46,225 nucleotides of DNA, taken from Actinomycetota bacterium. GTDB lineage: Bacteria > Actinomycetota > Actinomycetes > S36-B12 > UBA5976. The notes beneath the pieces are model-generated. The model did no database searches. It saw only the letters and a list, made by a program, of their open reading frames with translations, and was not told the origin of the DNA. This document shows, in pieces, positions 1-9,724 of this stretch. Numbering within the stretch: position 1 is the first letter of the stretch; the number at the start of each line of letters is the position of its first letter. A program made the position numbers and the translations under genes. The stretch spans positions 1-46,225 of the forward strand of contig JBJOKB010000042.1 of NCBI GenBank assembly GCA_046046315.1. Reading direction: 5' to 3'.

Positions 1-1722
1 GATAAACACCAAACCGCAGTAGGTTCGTTAAAAGAATTAAGTGAATTGTCTGGAAAAGACGTCACTAATACTGATCCTCATCGTCCTTTTGTGGATGACA
101 TCACCATCACTTGTCCTGAATGCAAAAAATCTGCCACAAGAGTTCCAGAAGTAATTGATTGTTGGTATGACTCAGGCGCTATGCCATTTGCGCAATTAAA
201 TTACCCTCAACAAAACCAAGATTTATTTAAATCAAACTATCCAGCAGATTTTATTTGTGAAGCAATAGATCAAACACGTGGTTGGTTTTACACATTAATG
301 GCAATAGGAACCTTGGTTTTTGATCAAAGTTCTTACAAAAATGTCGTAACACTTGGTCACATTTTGGATGAAAAAGGTCGCAAGATGAGTAAGCATCTTG
401 GAAATGTTTTAGAACCTATTGCATTAATGGATGAACACGGTGCAGATTCAGTTCGCTGGTTCATGTTGGCGTCTGGTTCTCCTTGGCAAGCCAGAAGGGT
501 TGGTCATGCCGCAATTCAAGAAGTAACAAGAAAAGTTTTATTAACATATTGGAACACTGCATCGTTTCTTTCTCTATACACCCGTTTATCAAATTACAAA
601 CCTGGCGACAAGGTTTTACCAAGAAACGAACGACCAGAAATTGATCAATGGTTATTAAGTTTGGTTGATGATGCTGTTTCTCAAGTAACCCTGGCACTAG
701 AAAATTTTGACACTCAAAAAGCTGGAAGAGTTCTGGCAGATGTTGTCGATGATATGTCGAATTGGTATGTCAGAAGAAATAGACGAAGATTCTGGGATGG
801 TGATCCTGTAGCACTAGCAACTTTGCATGAAGCTTTAAGAACAATCACTTTGATTATGGCTCCATTCGTGCCTTTCATCACCGAACGAGTTTGGCAAGAC
901 ATGTTTAGAACAACAACTGACTCGACTTTGTCTTCCGTTCATTTAGGTAATTGGCCACAAGTGAACAAGTCTGAAATCAGAACAGACTTAATTGAAAACA
1001 TGGGGTTGATCAGACGCTTGGTTGAACTTGGCCGGGGAGCAAGAGCTGAAGGAAAAGTTAAGAATCGACAACCTCTGTCCCGAGCACTGGTCTCAGCCAA
1101 GAACTGGGACAAAGTTCCGCAAGACTTAAGAGATCAACTTGCCGAAGAATTAAATATTCTGGATTTGCAATCGCTGAGCCAAACCGGTGGTTTAGTAAAC
1201 GTTTCAGTAAAAGCAAACTTTAGAAATTTGGGCGCTAGGTACGCCCAAGATACTCAATTAATTGCCAAATCAATTGCCAGTTCAGATGCTGCAAAACTTG
1301 TTCAAGAACTTAGATCAAATAACAAATACTCTTTAAATATTAATAATCAAATATTTGAAATAACTTCAGAAGATGTGATTATTACTGAGACTCCTAGAGA
1401 GGGCTGGTCTGTGATGAGTCAGGATGGCGAAACCATCGCTCTTGATTTAGAAATCTCACCAGAGTTAAGAAGCTTGGGAATTTCGCGAGAAGTAATTCGC
1501 TTGATTCAAGAGGCACGCAAGGCTTCAGGTTTTGATGTCTCCGATCGAATTAATTTGAGATACCACACAAGTGATGATCAAGTTAAAAAATCAATTCAAC
1601 ACAATTCAGAAATTATAAAGAGTGAAGTGCTTGCTCTAGGCTTTGTTGATGAAAAAGGTTCAAATCAACCAACTACAGGTGATACTGACTTAAATCTAGA
1701 AATTTGGATTGAAAAAGCTTAA
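1..1722 (+). CDS. ileS: isoleucyl-tRNA synthetase, C-terminal part (5' end outside window)
   Basis: Frame 1 is open from base 1 with no stop before 1720-1722. Contains the class I KMSKS motif (KMSKHLGN), CPECKK...CWYDSG and a long anticodon-binding/C-terminal region. The TTG at 46 in the ORF track is internal, not the start. Confidence 0.93.
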   Translation, partial: DKHQTAVGSLKELSELSGKDVTNTDPHRPFVDDITITCPECKKSATRVPEVIDCWYDSGAMPFAQLNYPQQNQDLFKSNYPADFICEAIDQTRGWFYTLMAIGTLVFDQSSYKNVVTLGHILDEKGRKMSKHLGNVLEPIALMDEHGADSVRWFMLASGSPWQARRVGHAAIQEVTRKVLLTYWNTASFLSLYTRLSNYKPGDKVLPRNERPEIDQWLLSLVDDAVSQVTLALENFDTQKAGRVLADVVDDMSNWYVRRNRRRFWDGDPVALATLHEALRTITLIMAPFVPFITERVWQDMFRTTTDSTLSSVHLGNWPQVNKSEIRTDLIENMGLIRRLVELGRGARAEGKVKNRQPLSRALVSAKNWDKVPQDLRDQLAEELNILDLQSLSQTGGLVNVSVKANFRNLGARYAQDTQLIAKSIASSDAAKLVQELRSNNKYSLNINNQIFEITSEDVIITETPREGWSVMSQDGETIALDLEISPELRSLGISREVIRLIQEARKASGFDVSDRINLRYHTSDDQVKKSIQHNSEIIKSEVLALGFVDEKGSNQPTTGDTDLNLEIWIEKA

Positions 1723-1728
1723 AATTCG

Positions 1729-2214
1729 TTAGTGATTTTCAGGTGCGCTGGTAATTACATTGACTGGTTCGGTGTTTTCAATTGAGTCATTTAATTGTGC
1801 ACCCAAATCATTGAGCATTCCCGATAACCAATTTCTAAGTCTGTTGCGGTAATCAATTTCAATTGCTTCAAGACGTTTGATTTGTGCTTCAATTTGGGCT
1901 TTTTCAGATTCAACACTTGATGAAATTGAAGCAGCTCTTGCTCTTGCTTCTCTAACTAGTCTTTCCGCCTCGTTTGTCGCTGCGGTTAAAGCTTGTTGTG
2001 CCAAAGTTAAAACTTCAACTGGAGACTTTGTATCAACGCTTTGTGTCGATGAGAGAGAAGATCCTTTGCGTGCTATTTCAACTTCGTTTTGCAAACTGGC
2101 AATTTCTTCAGCAACTTTTTCTAAGAATTCATCAACCTGGCTTACGTCATAGCCCATACGTAAACGGGTGGTGTCAAAGACAACATTGGCAACATCTTCA
2201 GGGGTAAGTGCCAT
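1729..2214 (-). CDS. divIVA: DivIVA/Wag31 family cell-pole and division protein
   Basis: N-terminal DivIVA motif (LTPEDV..F.....GYDVSQVDEFLEKV) followed by coiled-coil sequence. Sits in the canonical position downstream of yggT/sepF. Confidence 0.85.
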   Translation of the reverse strand: MALTPEDVANVVFDTTRLRMGYDVSQVDEFLEKVAEEIASLQNEVEIARKGSSLSSTQSVDTKSPVEVLTLAQQALTAATNEAERLVREARARAASISSSVESEKAQIEAQIKRLEAIEIDYRNRLRNWLSGMLNDLGAQLNDSIENTEPVNVITSAPENH

Positions 2215-2278
2215 TCATCCACTCCATTGGTCAAATCAACAAAGATTAATCTACCCTGCTTAGTGCTAAATCTGGTAT

Positions 2279-2551
2279 CTAGAGGGAGGAAAAGATGCCT
2301 ATGGCTATCTGAATCAGGATTATTACAACCAAGAAAGACATATCTAACGAAACTGAGCCAATTCTTAATGGCGGGATAAACCGTCTAAAGAAATTCAATG
2401 GAGGATCGGTTAGTGAATAAATAGTCTCAACTAAAACCAACATAAAGCCTGATGGTCTCCAAGAACGGGCAAACATTTGCACATAATCAAAAACTAATCG
2501 ACCTATCATGACTAGTAGATAAAGTTGAAGTAACTGCGCAATTATTCCCAT
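2279..2551 (-). CDS. yggT: YggT family small membrane protein
   Basis: 90-aa protein with two hydrophobic segments, at the conserved sepF-yggT-divIVA position. Confidence 0.72.
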   Translation of the reverse strand: MGIIAQLLQLYLLVMIGRLVFDYVQMFARSWRPSGFMLVLVETIYSLTDPPLNFFRRFIPPLRIGSVSLDMSFLVVIILIQIAIGIFSSL

Positions 2552-2568
2552 TTAAGAATTACTTTAAA

Positions 2569-3069
2569 TTAAACTTGATTAAAGAAGCCATCTTGCGCGA
2601 CTTGTTGGCGAGCTTCTGCCCCAAGATCAACGTTGGCTGGGGAAATCAAGAATACTGAATTAGTAACTCTTTCGATTGTGCCTCTCAATGCAAATGCCAA
2701 TCCCGAAGCAAAATCTAGAATTCTTTTTTGATCACTTGGATCCATTTCAGATAAATTAATAATTACTGGAGTTCCGTCACGATATTCTTCCCCGATTCTT
2801 CGAGCATCATTAAATGCTCTTGGGTGAAGTGTGGTGATTCTAGAAACTGGTTCCGCTACAACTGGTTTTACTTGCGGAGCAACTCTTACTTCAGGTCTTT
2901 CAGCTAAAGCAGTTGATCCATTTGTGGAAAAAGTTCTTGGTGTTGGAGACCAACGAGGTGCAACGGGTGCTTCTTCTTCGTAAAATTCTTCGATTTCTTC
3001 ATTTAAATAATTTTGATTATCTTCAACTAAACCTAAATAGACAGCCATTTTGCGAAAGCCTTTTGGCAT
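2569..3069 (-). CDS. sepF: cell division protein SepF
   Basis: N-terminal amphipathic MPKGFRKMAVYLGLV and a C-terminal SepF core (ITTLHPRAFNDARRIGEEYRDGTPVIINL...ASGLAFALRGTIERV). Synteny supports the call. Confidence 0.85.
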   Translation of the reverse strand: MPKGFRKMAVYLGLVEDNQNYLNEEIEEFYEEEAPVAPRWSPTPRTFSTNGSTALAERPEVRVAPQVKPVVAEPVSRITTLHPRAFNDARRIGEEYRDGTPVIINLSEMDPSDQKRILDFASGLAFALRGTIERVTNSVFLISPANVDLGAEARQQVAQDGFFNQV

Positions 3070-3149
3070 ATCTTCCTCCTGGTTAAATACGTGTGTGTCA
3101 CTTGCGGACTCTTAAGTTGCAGTAGTTACGCCTGTGACTAAAGACAAAG

Positions 3150-3851
3150 TTACCCGATTTTTGGTCTTTCCCCGAGCAATGCAGAGCCAATGCGAAGGTG
3201 TGTCGCTCCACATAAAATTGCTGCTTCCAGATCATCGCTCATTCCAGCAGACAGAATTGTGGCTTGGTCGTAAATCTTCATGAATTCAACTCGAATCTGC
3301 GCCAATCTTTCAAAAGCTTGTGTTGGATTTTCTCCCAAAGGAGCAACACTCATCAATCCTTTTAATTCCAAGTGGCTCGCATTTGAAATCAAAGAAGCCA
3401 GCTCCATTAACTCGGCAGGCCAAATTCCTCCTCGCGTTGGATCAGGTCCAGATTGATCTAAATCAACCTGAATTAATACTGGTTGTTTTTTGTCGATACT
3501 TTGAGCGCTTTTTTGAATTTCTTTGGCTAAGGACCAACGATCTACCGAATGAATCAGATGCGCATATTGAACAACGGATTTTGCTTTATTTGATTGTAAT
3601 TGACCAATGAAATGCCAATTATATTTTTCTTTAACCTCTTTTTGTTTGACTGACGCTTCTTGATCTCTATTTTCTCCAACATTTTCAATTCCAAGTTGCT
3701 TTAATAAATCAATATCGCTTGCTGGATAAGTCTTGGTTACGGCAATTAACGTTATCTCTGATTCTTTTCTGTTCGATTCCATACAAGCGTCGGCTATTCT
3801 GCCTTGAACTATTTCTAAATTGTTTTTTATTTCAAGTAAACGACTATTCAT
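3150..3851 (-). CDS. yggS: YggS family pyridoxal-phosphate homeostasis protein
   Basis: 233-aa alanine-racemase-N-like fold with the PLP lysine context LIAVTKTYP and HFIGQLQSNK. Synteny with ftsZ/pgeF supports it. Confidence 0.85.
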   Translation of the reverse strand: MNSRLLEIKNNLEIVQGRIADACMESNRKESEITLIAVTKTYPASDIDLLKQLGIENVGENRDQEASVKQKEVKEKYNWHFIGQLQSNKAKSVVQYAHLIHSVDRWSLAKEIQKSAQSIDKKQPVLIQVDLDQSGPDPTRGGIWPAELMELASLISNASHLELKGLMSVAPLGENPTQAFERLAQIRVEFMKIYDQATILSAGMSDDLEAAILCGATHLRIGSALLGERPKIG

Positions 3852-4576
3852 TCACTTAACCATGCAACTGTGGCATTTCGACCTGTTACCGGATCTCTTC
3901 TAAAGGAAAAAACATCTTGGTTCTCGAAAGTGCAAATATTTAAATCAGTGGTTTTGATTTGATATTGAGCAAGCTGATGTTTCACCCCTTTTCTAATGTC
4001 AATAGCCAACTGTCCATCGGGAAGTTTTATTGCAGCAGTTGGTTCGATTTCTTTAACTTCATCAAACCTCTCCTGTGTTGCAACAAAATTCTTTGCACTA
4101 ATTGTTGGACCAATTATTGCTTTTAGATTTTCTGGTTCAGCTCCTAAATCGAGCATTCCTTCCACAGCATTGGCAACAACTCCAACAAGCATGCCTTGCC
4201 AACCGGCGTGCACAACTCCAACCACATGCGCAATCGGATCAACTAAAACAATTGGAGCGCAATCTGCCGACATTATTACTAAACCTAAATTGGTTTCTCT
4301 AGTTACCAATGCGTCTGTGTCGGGATGAACTTCGGGAAATTCGGACTTAACATTAACCACATTAGGTGAATGTGTGGCCCCGATGAAAACAAGAGGCATT
4401 GATAAATGTTCAGAAAGTATTTCTCTATTTTTTAAGACGTCTTCTTCATTGTCGTTAACATGATCTGCAACGTTTAGCGAATCGTAAGGTTTTTTACTGA
4501 CTCCACCCTGGCGGCCAAAGAAACTCCAGTTTGCTTTGCCAGACTTACCAGATGAAATCGGTGTTGGCACCGACAT
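3848..4576 (-). CDS. pgeF: YfiH/PgeF laccase-domain (peptidoglycan editing factor) protein
   Basis: Motifs SADCAPI and VHAGWQG typical of the YfiH/DUF152 family. Overlaps yggS by 4 nt and lies immediately downstream of ftsZ. Confidence 0.8.
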   Translation of the reverse strand: MSVPTPISSGKSGKANWSFFGRQGGVSKKPYDSLNVADHVNDNEEDVLKNREILSEHLSMPLVFIGATHSPNVVNVKSEFPEVHPDTDALVTRETNLGLVIMSADCAPIVLVDPIAHVVGVVHAGWQGMLVGVVANAVEGMLDLGAEPENLKAIIGPTISAKNFVATQERFDEVKEIEPTAAIKLPDGQLAIDIRKGVKHQLAQYQIKTTDLNICTFENQDVFSFRRDPVTGRNATVAWLSE

Positions 4577-4583
4577 GTTTTGG

Positions 4584-5759
4584 CTACTTTAAGAAATCCG
4601 GTACATCAAGATCGTCACTTGGTGTGTCATCAAAAACAACTCTTCTTGGAGTTGAAATTGTGCTGGCGTTAAATGTTGATCCAATTACTGGTTGAGGACC
4701 AGTTTCATCCATAGATTTTGAAACAAAAGATGGAATCTCTGGTTCTGAATTAGTTACAGCATGAATTGAACTTCTACGAACAGAAGCTAAATCTTTATCA
4801 GCAAAACCTGCTGCAATAACTGTAACTCTTACTTCATCACCCAAAGTGTCATCAATTACGGCACCAAAAATTATGTTTGCTTCAGTAGCTGCAACATTTT
4901 GCACCAGACGTGCAGCTTCATTAATTTCAAACAAACCTAGATCAGATCCACCAGCAATGGAAAGCAGCACACCTTTTGCTCCTTGAATATCTGCTTCCAA
5001 CAGTGGAGACGCAATAGCATTTTGAGCAGCGATTGCAGCTCTATTTTCTCCACGGGCAGAGCCAATTCCCATTAATGCGGTTCCTGCTCCAGCCATGACA
5101 CTTCTAACATCGGCAAAATCTAGATTAATTAATCCTGGAGTGGTGATTAAATCTGTGATTCCACTAACTCCTTGAAGTAAAACATGATCTGCTTGTCTAA
5201 AAGCATCAATTACTGAAATGTTTCGATCAGATAGTGAAAGTAATCGATCGTTAGGAATCACAATTAATGTATCGACTTCATTTCTTAAAGCTTCCACACC
5301 GGATTCTGCTTGGGTGATACGACGTTTGCCTTCAAAATTAAATGGTTTAGTAACAACACCAATGGTTAGTGCGCCTACTTCTTTCGCCACTCTTGCTACA
5401 ACTGGGGCTCCACCTGTTCCAGTTCCTCCACCCTCACCGGCGGTAACAAAAACCATGTCAGAACCCTTTAAAACATCTCTTAATTCTTCGATGTGATCTT
5501 CAGCAGCTTGCCGACCAACTGACGGATCTGCCCCCGCGCCTAAACCGCGGGTTAGTTCTCGACCAATATCCAATTTGACGTCAGCATCGCTCATTAATAA
5601 AGCTTGCGCGTCTGTATTAATTGCAACAAATTCAACGCCTTTTAAGCCGGCTTCAATCATTCGATTAACAGCATTAACGCCACCGCCACCAATACCAACT
5701 ACTTTGATAATTGCGAGATAGTTTTGTGGAGCAACCACGTTTATTTCCCCCTGTTTCAA
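4584..5759 (-). CDS. ftsZ: cell division GTPase FtsZ
   Basis: [13 protein letters not shown] and the tubulin signature [11 protein letters not shown]. Actinobacterial C-terminal peptide [10 protein letters not shown]. Confidence 0.97.
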   Translation of the reverse strand: MKQGEINVVAPQNYLAIIKVVGIGGGGVNAVNRMIEAGLKGVEFVAINTDAQALLMSDADVKLDIGRELTRGLGAGADPSVGRQAAEDHIEELRDVLKGSDMVFVTAGEGGGTGTGGAPVVARVAKEVGALTIGVVTKPFNFEGKRRITQAESGVEALRNEVDTLIVIPNDRLLSLSDRNISVIDAFRQADHVLLQGVSGITDLITTPGLINLDFADVRSVMAGAGTALMGIGSARGENRAAIAAQNAIASPLLEADIQGAKGVLLSIAGGSDLGLFEINEAARLVQNVAATEANIIFGAVIDDTLGDEVRVTVIAAGFADKDLASVRRSSIHAVTNSEPEIPSFVSKSMDETGPQPVIGSTFNASTISTPRRVVFDDTPSDDLDVPDFLK

Positions 5760-5951
5760 CTCTTAACCTCTACTTGAGACTAAAAGTTGTTGCGTGTGTT
5801 AAGCGAAGAGAATTTAGACGCCAATTGAGGCTTCACCAAGCACGCGACTCGGCGTGTTGCATACATATAAGTAGTAAAGCAAAATGATGCAAATAGTGAA
5901 TAGAGTTAAGCCAACAAACTAGAAAAGTAATTCAAGGGGATTTAAATTTAA

Positions 5952-7082
5952 ATGCAATTAGTTGTGCCCAAAGAAACCCGTTCTGGCGAAAAGAGAGTTG
6001 CCGCAGCTCCCGCAACTATTGCCAAATTGATCAAACTTGGTTTTGAAGTAACAGTTGAAAATAATGCAGGCGTATCTGCTTTATTTTCTAATGAAAATTA
6101 TCAAGATGCTGGTGCAACTATTACCAATGACATTTCTTCTGCTATTAACAAGGCTGACGTTATTGCATCAGTTGGAACACTTCCTGTAAATCTTTCATCA
6201 AATTTGAAACCAGGTGCTGTGTGTTTATCTTTTGCACAAGCTAAGAGAGATAAAGAAAATATTGCAGCGATCGCAAAAGCCAAAGCAACATTGCTATCTT
6301 TTGATTTTGTTCCCAGAATCTCCAGAGCACAAAGTGCTGACGCATTAACTTCTCAAGCCACAGTTTCTGGTTACCACACTATGGTTACAGCAGCTTCTTT
6401 GTTACCAAAAATGTTTCCTTTAGTAATGACTGCTTCTGGAACAATTAGACCCTCAAAAGTTTTAGTTATTGGTGCCGGTGTTGCAGGTTTGCAAGTTATG
6501 GCAACAGCTAAAAAGCTTGGAGCAATAGTTTCTGGTTATGACGTTAGAACTGCAAGTAAAGACGAAGTCAAATCAGTTGGCGCGACTTTTATTGAATTAG
6601 ATCTGCCAGTTGTAGAAGGAAGCGGTGGATATGCCAAGGAAATGGATCAAGAACGCACGAAATTGCAACAAGAATTACTAACTCCTTACATAAGTGCGAC
6701 AGATGTTCTTGTCACAACTGCAGCTGTGCCGGGAAGACCTGCACCAAGGCTTGTGACTGCAGCAATGCTCAAAGGTATGAAGTTTGGTTCTGTCATCGCA
6801 GATATGGCTGCTGAAAATGGTGGAAACGTTGAAGGTTCTGTTGCTGGTCAAATAATTGAAATAAATGGAGTAAAAATTTGGGGTGGACAAAACATTGCTT
6901 CTGAAATGGCCCCCGATGCTTCTTTTCTTTTTGCCGGGAATGTCATTTCCTTACTTTCTTTCATCGTCAAAGACGGCAAAATCAATCTTGATAAAGAAGA
7001 TGAAGTTGTATCCGGAAGTGCTTTATTAATTAATGGTGAAATAACAAATGAATTCGTTAAAGCAGAACTAGGACAGGGGTAA
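5952..7082 (+). CDS. pntAA: NAD(P) transhydrogenase subunit alpha part 1
   Basis: Alanine-dehydrogenase/PNT N-terminal fold with Rossmann motif VIGAGVAGLQ. Followed by pntAB and pntB. Confidence 0.9.
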   Translation: MQLVVPKETRSGEKRVAAAPATIAKLIKLGFEVTVENNAGVSALFSNENYQDAGATITNDISSAINKADVIASVGTLPVNLSSNLKPGAVCLSFAQAKRDKENIAAIAKAKATLLSFDFVPRISRAQSADALTSQATVSGYHTMVTAASLLPKMFPLVMTASGTIRPSKVLVIGAGVAGLQVMATAKKLGAIVSGYDVRTASKDEVKSVGATFIELDLPVVEGSGGYAKEMDQERTKLQQELLTPYISATDVLVTTAAVPGRPAPRLVTAAMLKGMKFGSVIADMAAENGGNVEGSVAGQIIEINGVKIWGGQNIASEMAPDASFLFAGNVISLLSFIVKDGKINLDKEDEVVSGSALLINGEITNEFVKAELGQG

Positions 7083-7086
7083 TTAA

Positions 7087-7392
7087 ATGAGTGTCGAAAT
7101 TGCCTTGTTGACGATTTTTATTTTAAGCATCTTCGTTGGATTTGAAGTAGTTTCAAAAGTTTCCACAATTTTGCACACTCCCCTAATGTCTGGGGCTAAC
7201 GCGATCCACGGAGTAATTTTAGTTGGAGCAATTATTGTTACTGGTCATGCCGACAACAACTTAGAATTAATTCTTGGACTCATCGCGGTAGTTCTTGCCA
7301 CCATCAACATGGTCGGCGGTTTTGTCGTAACTGATCGAATGCTCGAATTATTTAAGTCAAAAAAATCTGACAAAGCCGGTGATAAAAAATGA
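7087..7392 (+). CDS. pntAB: NAD(P) transhydrogenase subunit alpha part 2 (membrane)
   Basis: 101-aa protein with three hydrophobic helices, located between pntAA and pntB. Has a 4-nt ATGA overlap with pntB. Confidence 0.85.
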   Translation: MSVEIALLTIFILSIFVGFEVVSKVSTILHTPLMSGANAIHGVILVGAIIVTGHADNNLELILGLIAVVLATINMVGGFVVTDRMLELFKSKKSDKAGDKK

Positions 7393-8765
7393 CACCGGTG
7401 TGGTCACAACTAGCAAATCTCGGAGCAGCACTTGCGTTTATTTTGGCACTAAAAGCATTATCTTCACCAAAAACAGCACGCTTAGGCAATCGCATTGGAG
7501 CCATTGGTGCCATAGCTGCTGTGGCAATTGTTTTCTTTTCAGAAAGCAATTTAAAACATTTACCTTTAATTTTGGTTGCTGTTGCTTTTGGAACATTAGT
7601 TGGATTTGTGGCTGCAAGAAAAGTTCAGATGACTCAAATGCCACAAATGGTTGCACTCTTTAACGGCGTAGGTGGCGGAGCTGCGATGGCAGTGTCCTCG
7701 ATTGAATTTTTAAAAGCTGGAGCAACTGATGGTTTTGTGGCACTTTTTGCCACAGTATTCACGGTCGTAATTGGTTCTATTTCATTTACTGGTTCCATAG
7801 TTACATTTTTAAAACTTCAGGAACTAATGACTTCAAGGCCAGTTGTATTACCTCTAGGAAGATTAATAACAATTACGACAGCAATTGCAACCTTGTTTAT
7901 GTCAATTTACTTAATGATTAACCCAGAAAATTGGGCGCTTTGGACGCTCGTTGTTTTGTCATTAATTATGGGAATCTTATTTGTATTGCCAGTTGGTGGA
8001 GCAGATGTTCCTATCGTAATCAGTTTGTTAAATGCCTTTACAGGTTTATCTGTCGCTGCAAGTGGTTACGTACTAGATAACGTTTTATTGCTTGTTGCAG
8101 GAACTCTGGTTGGAGCATCAGGCACATTGTTAACGCAATTAATGGCAAAAGCAATGGGCAGACCACTTACCTCAACTTTGTTTGGCGCATTTACAGCTAA
8201 AGCATCAACATCAACCGGGACTGCCGTTGATCGTCCTGTGAAGAGTGCTGGACCAAATGACATTGCAATCATGCTCACCTACGCATCTAAAGTAATTATC
8301 GTTCCAGGATATGGACTTGCTGTTGCTCAAGCGCAACAAACACTTAGAGAACTAGTTGATTTACTGATTTCCAAAGGTGTAGAAGTTGAATATGCAATTC
8401 ACCCAGTGGCAGGTCGTATGCCAGGTCATATGAACGTTCTTTTGGCAGAAGCTGATGTGCCATATGAACAATTGAAAGAAATGGATGAAATTAACTCAGA
8501 ATTCTCCAATGCCAGTGTTGCAGTTGTAGTTGGAGCAAATGACGTAGTTAACCCTGCTGCAAGAACCGATAAAACTTCTCCAATATTTGGTATGCCAATT
8601 CTTAATGCAGATCAAGCAGAACAAGTTGTGTTCATGAAGAGATCTATGCGTCCAGGCTTTGCTGGAGTGGAAAATGAATTACTTTTCAACGATAAAACAA
8701 CTTTGCTTTTTGGAGATGCTAAAGATTCATTATCCAAGGTAGTTGCCGCCGTTAAGACGATGTAG
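7389..8765 (+). CDS. pntB: NAD(P) transhydrogenase subunit beta
   Basis: Multi-pass N-terminal membrane domain plus a C-terminal NADP(H) domain (PGYGLAVAQAQ, VVGANDVVNPAA). Confidence 0.92.
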   Translation: MTPVWSQLANLGAALAFILALKALSSPKTARLGNRIGAIGAIAAVAIVFFSESNLKHLPLILVAVAFGTLVGFVAARKVQMTQMPQMVALFNGVGGGAAMAVSSIEFLKAGATDGFVALFATVFTVVIGSISFTGSIVTFLKLQELMTSRPVVLPLGRLITITTAIATLFMSIYLMINPENWALWTLVVLSLIMGILFVLPVGGADVPIVISLLNAFTGLSVAASGYVLDNVLLLVAGTLVGASGTLLTQLMAKAMGRPLTSTLFGAFTAKASTSTGTAVDRPVKSAGPNDIAIMLTYASKVIIVPGYGLAVAQAQQTLRELVDLLISKGVEVEYAIHPVAGRMPGHMNVLLAEADVPYEQLKEMDEINSEFSNASVAVVVGANDVVNPAARTDKTSPIFGMPILNADQAEQVVFMKRSMRPGFAGVENELLFNDKTTLLFGDAKDSLSKVVAAVKTM

Positions 8766-8800
8766 ATGAAAGTTTTCTACAAAAATCGAATTTAATTATT

Positions 8801-9724
8801 ATGGCTGAAGATAAATTAGTTGCCGTAAAAGTTGCAGATATTGGCAATCAACTTCCTAACCATGTTTCTCCCAGCCAACTTTCAAGTTTTGATAGATGCT
8901 CACTTGCATATTGGTTTTCCTCCGTTGCTGGCTGGAGAGAACCAGCAGGTTTGCCGCAAATTATCGGCACTTTAGTTCATGATGTTTTAGAAAACTTCCT
9001 AAAAATAAAAGCTGAAAATAGAACTAAAGAAGTTGCTTGGAACTTACTTCGAGATACTGGTGAGGAAGTAATTAGTAACAACAAATCTTGGCTTACCGAG
9101 GAGGATTTAGTCACACTGAAAGATAAAAGTGCTGAATCGTTGAAAGGTTATTTTGATCTCGAAGATCCCACCCAATTAGAAATAGACCAAGAAGACTTAG
9201 AAAGACCTGTGACAGCAATTTTTGAGTCTGTAAAACTTTATGGGCGACTTGATCGAATGACTAGAAATGGAATTGTTCGGATTACAGATTACAAAACGTC
9301 TAAAAGACCAGCTGCCCAATATTTGACTGACTCTTTAAGACAAGTGATGCTTTATGCAGCGGGTTTAAAAGAAAACGGATTAGAAGTTGGTGAAGTTGAA
9401 TTAATTTATTTGCCAGGCAGAGATCGAGTAAGAAGACCAACTTATAAATCAGCCTTAGATAGAGCCGTCCAACATTTAGTCACAACCAGACGAAAAATGG
9501 ATTCCTCATTAACCAAACAAATCTGGATGGCTAACCCTGGGAATCCTTGTAAATCTTGCGCATTCATAAAAGCTTGCCCAGCAAAAACTTCCAAAGCTCC
9601 AATTCCTGGAACCGATGAGTCAGAAAATTTATTACAAACCTTGAAACTTGAAAAAAGAGTTAGAACGAAAACAAGTGGTGCGACTGCTGGAATGGAAATG
9701 CTTCCTTTTGGAGATGAAGGCTAA
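8801..9724 (+). CDS. Cas4/AddB-like PD-(D/E)XK nuclease with a 4-Cys (4Fe-4S type) cluster signature
   Basis: Full motif set in the canonical order: C33 (FDRCSLAYW), GTLVHD, GRLD151RM, ITD163YK165T, Q181VMLY185A, and C250-x2-C253-x5-C259 (CKSCAFIKAC). Its stop overlaps the next start (TAATG). Confidence 0.75.
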   Translation: MAEDKLVAVKVADIGNQLPNHVSPSQLSSFDRCSLAYWFSSVAGWREPAGLPQIIGTLVHDVLENFLKIKAENRTKEVAWNLLRDTGEEVISNNKSWLTEEDLVTLKDKSAESLKGYFDLEDPTQLEIDQEDLERPVTAIFESVKLYGRLDRMTRNGIVRITDYKTSKRPAAQYLTDSLRQVMLYAAGLKENGLEVGEVELIYLPGRDRVRRPTYKSALDRAVQHLVTTRRKMDSSLTKQIWMANPGNPCKSCAFIKACPAKTSKAPIPGTDESENLLQTLKLEKRVRTKTSGATAGMEMLPFGDEG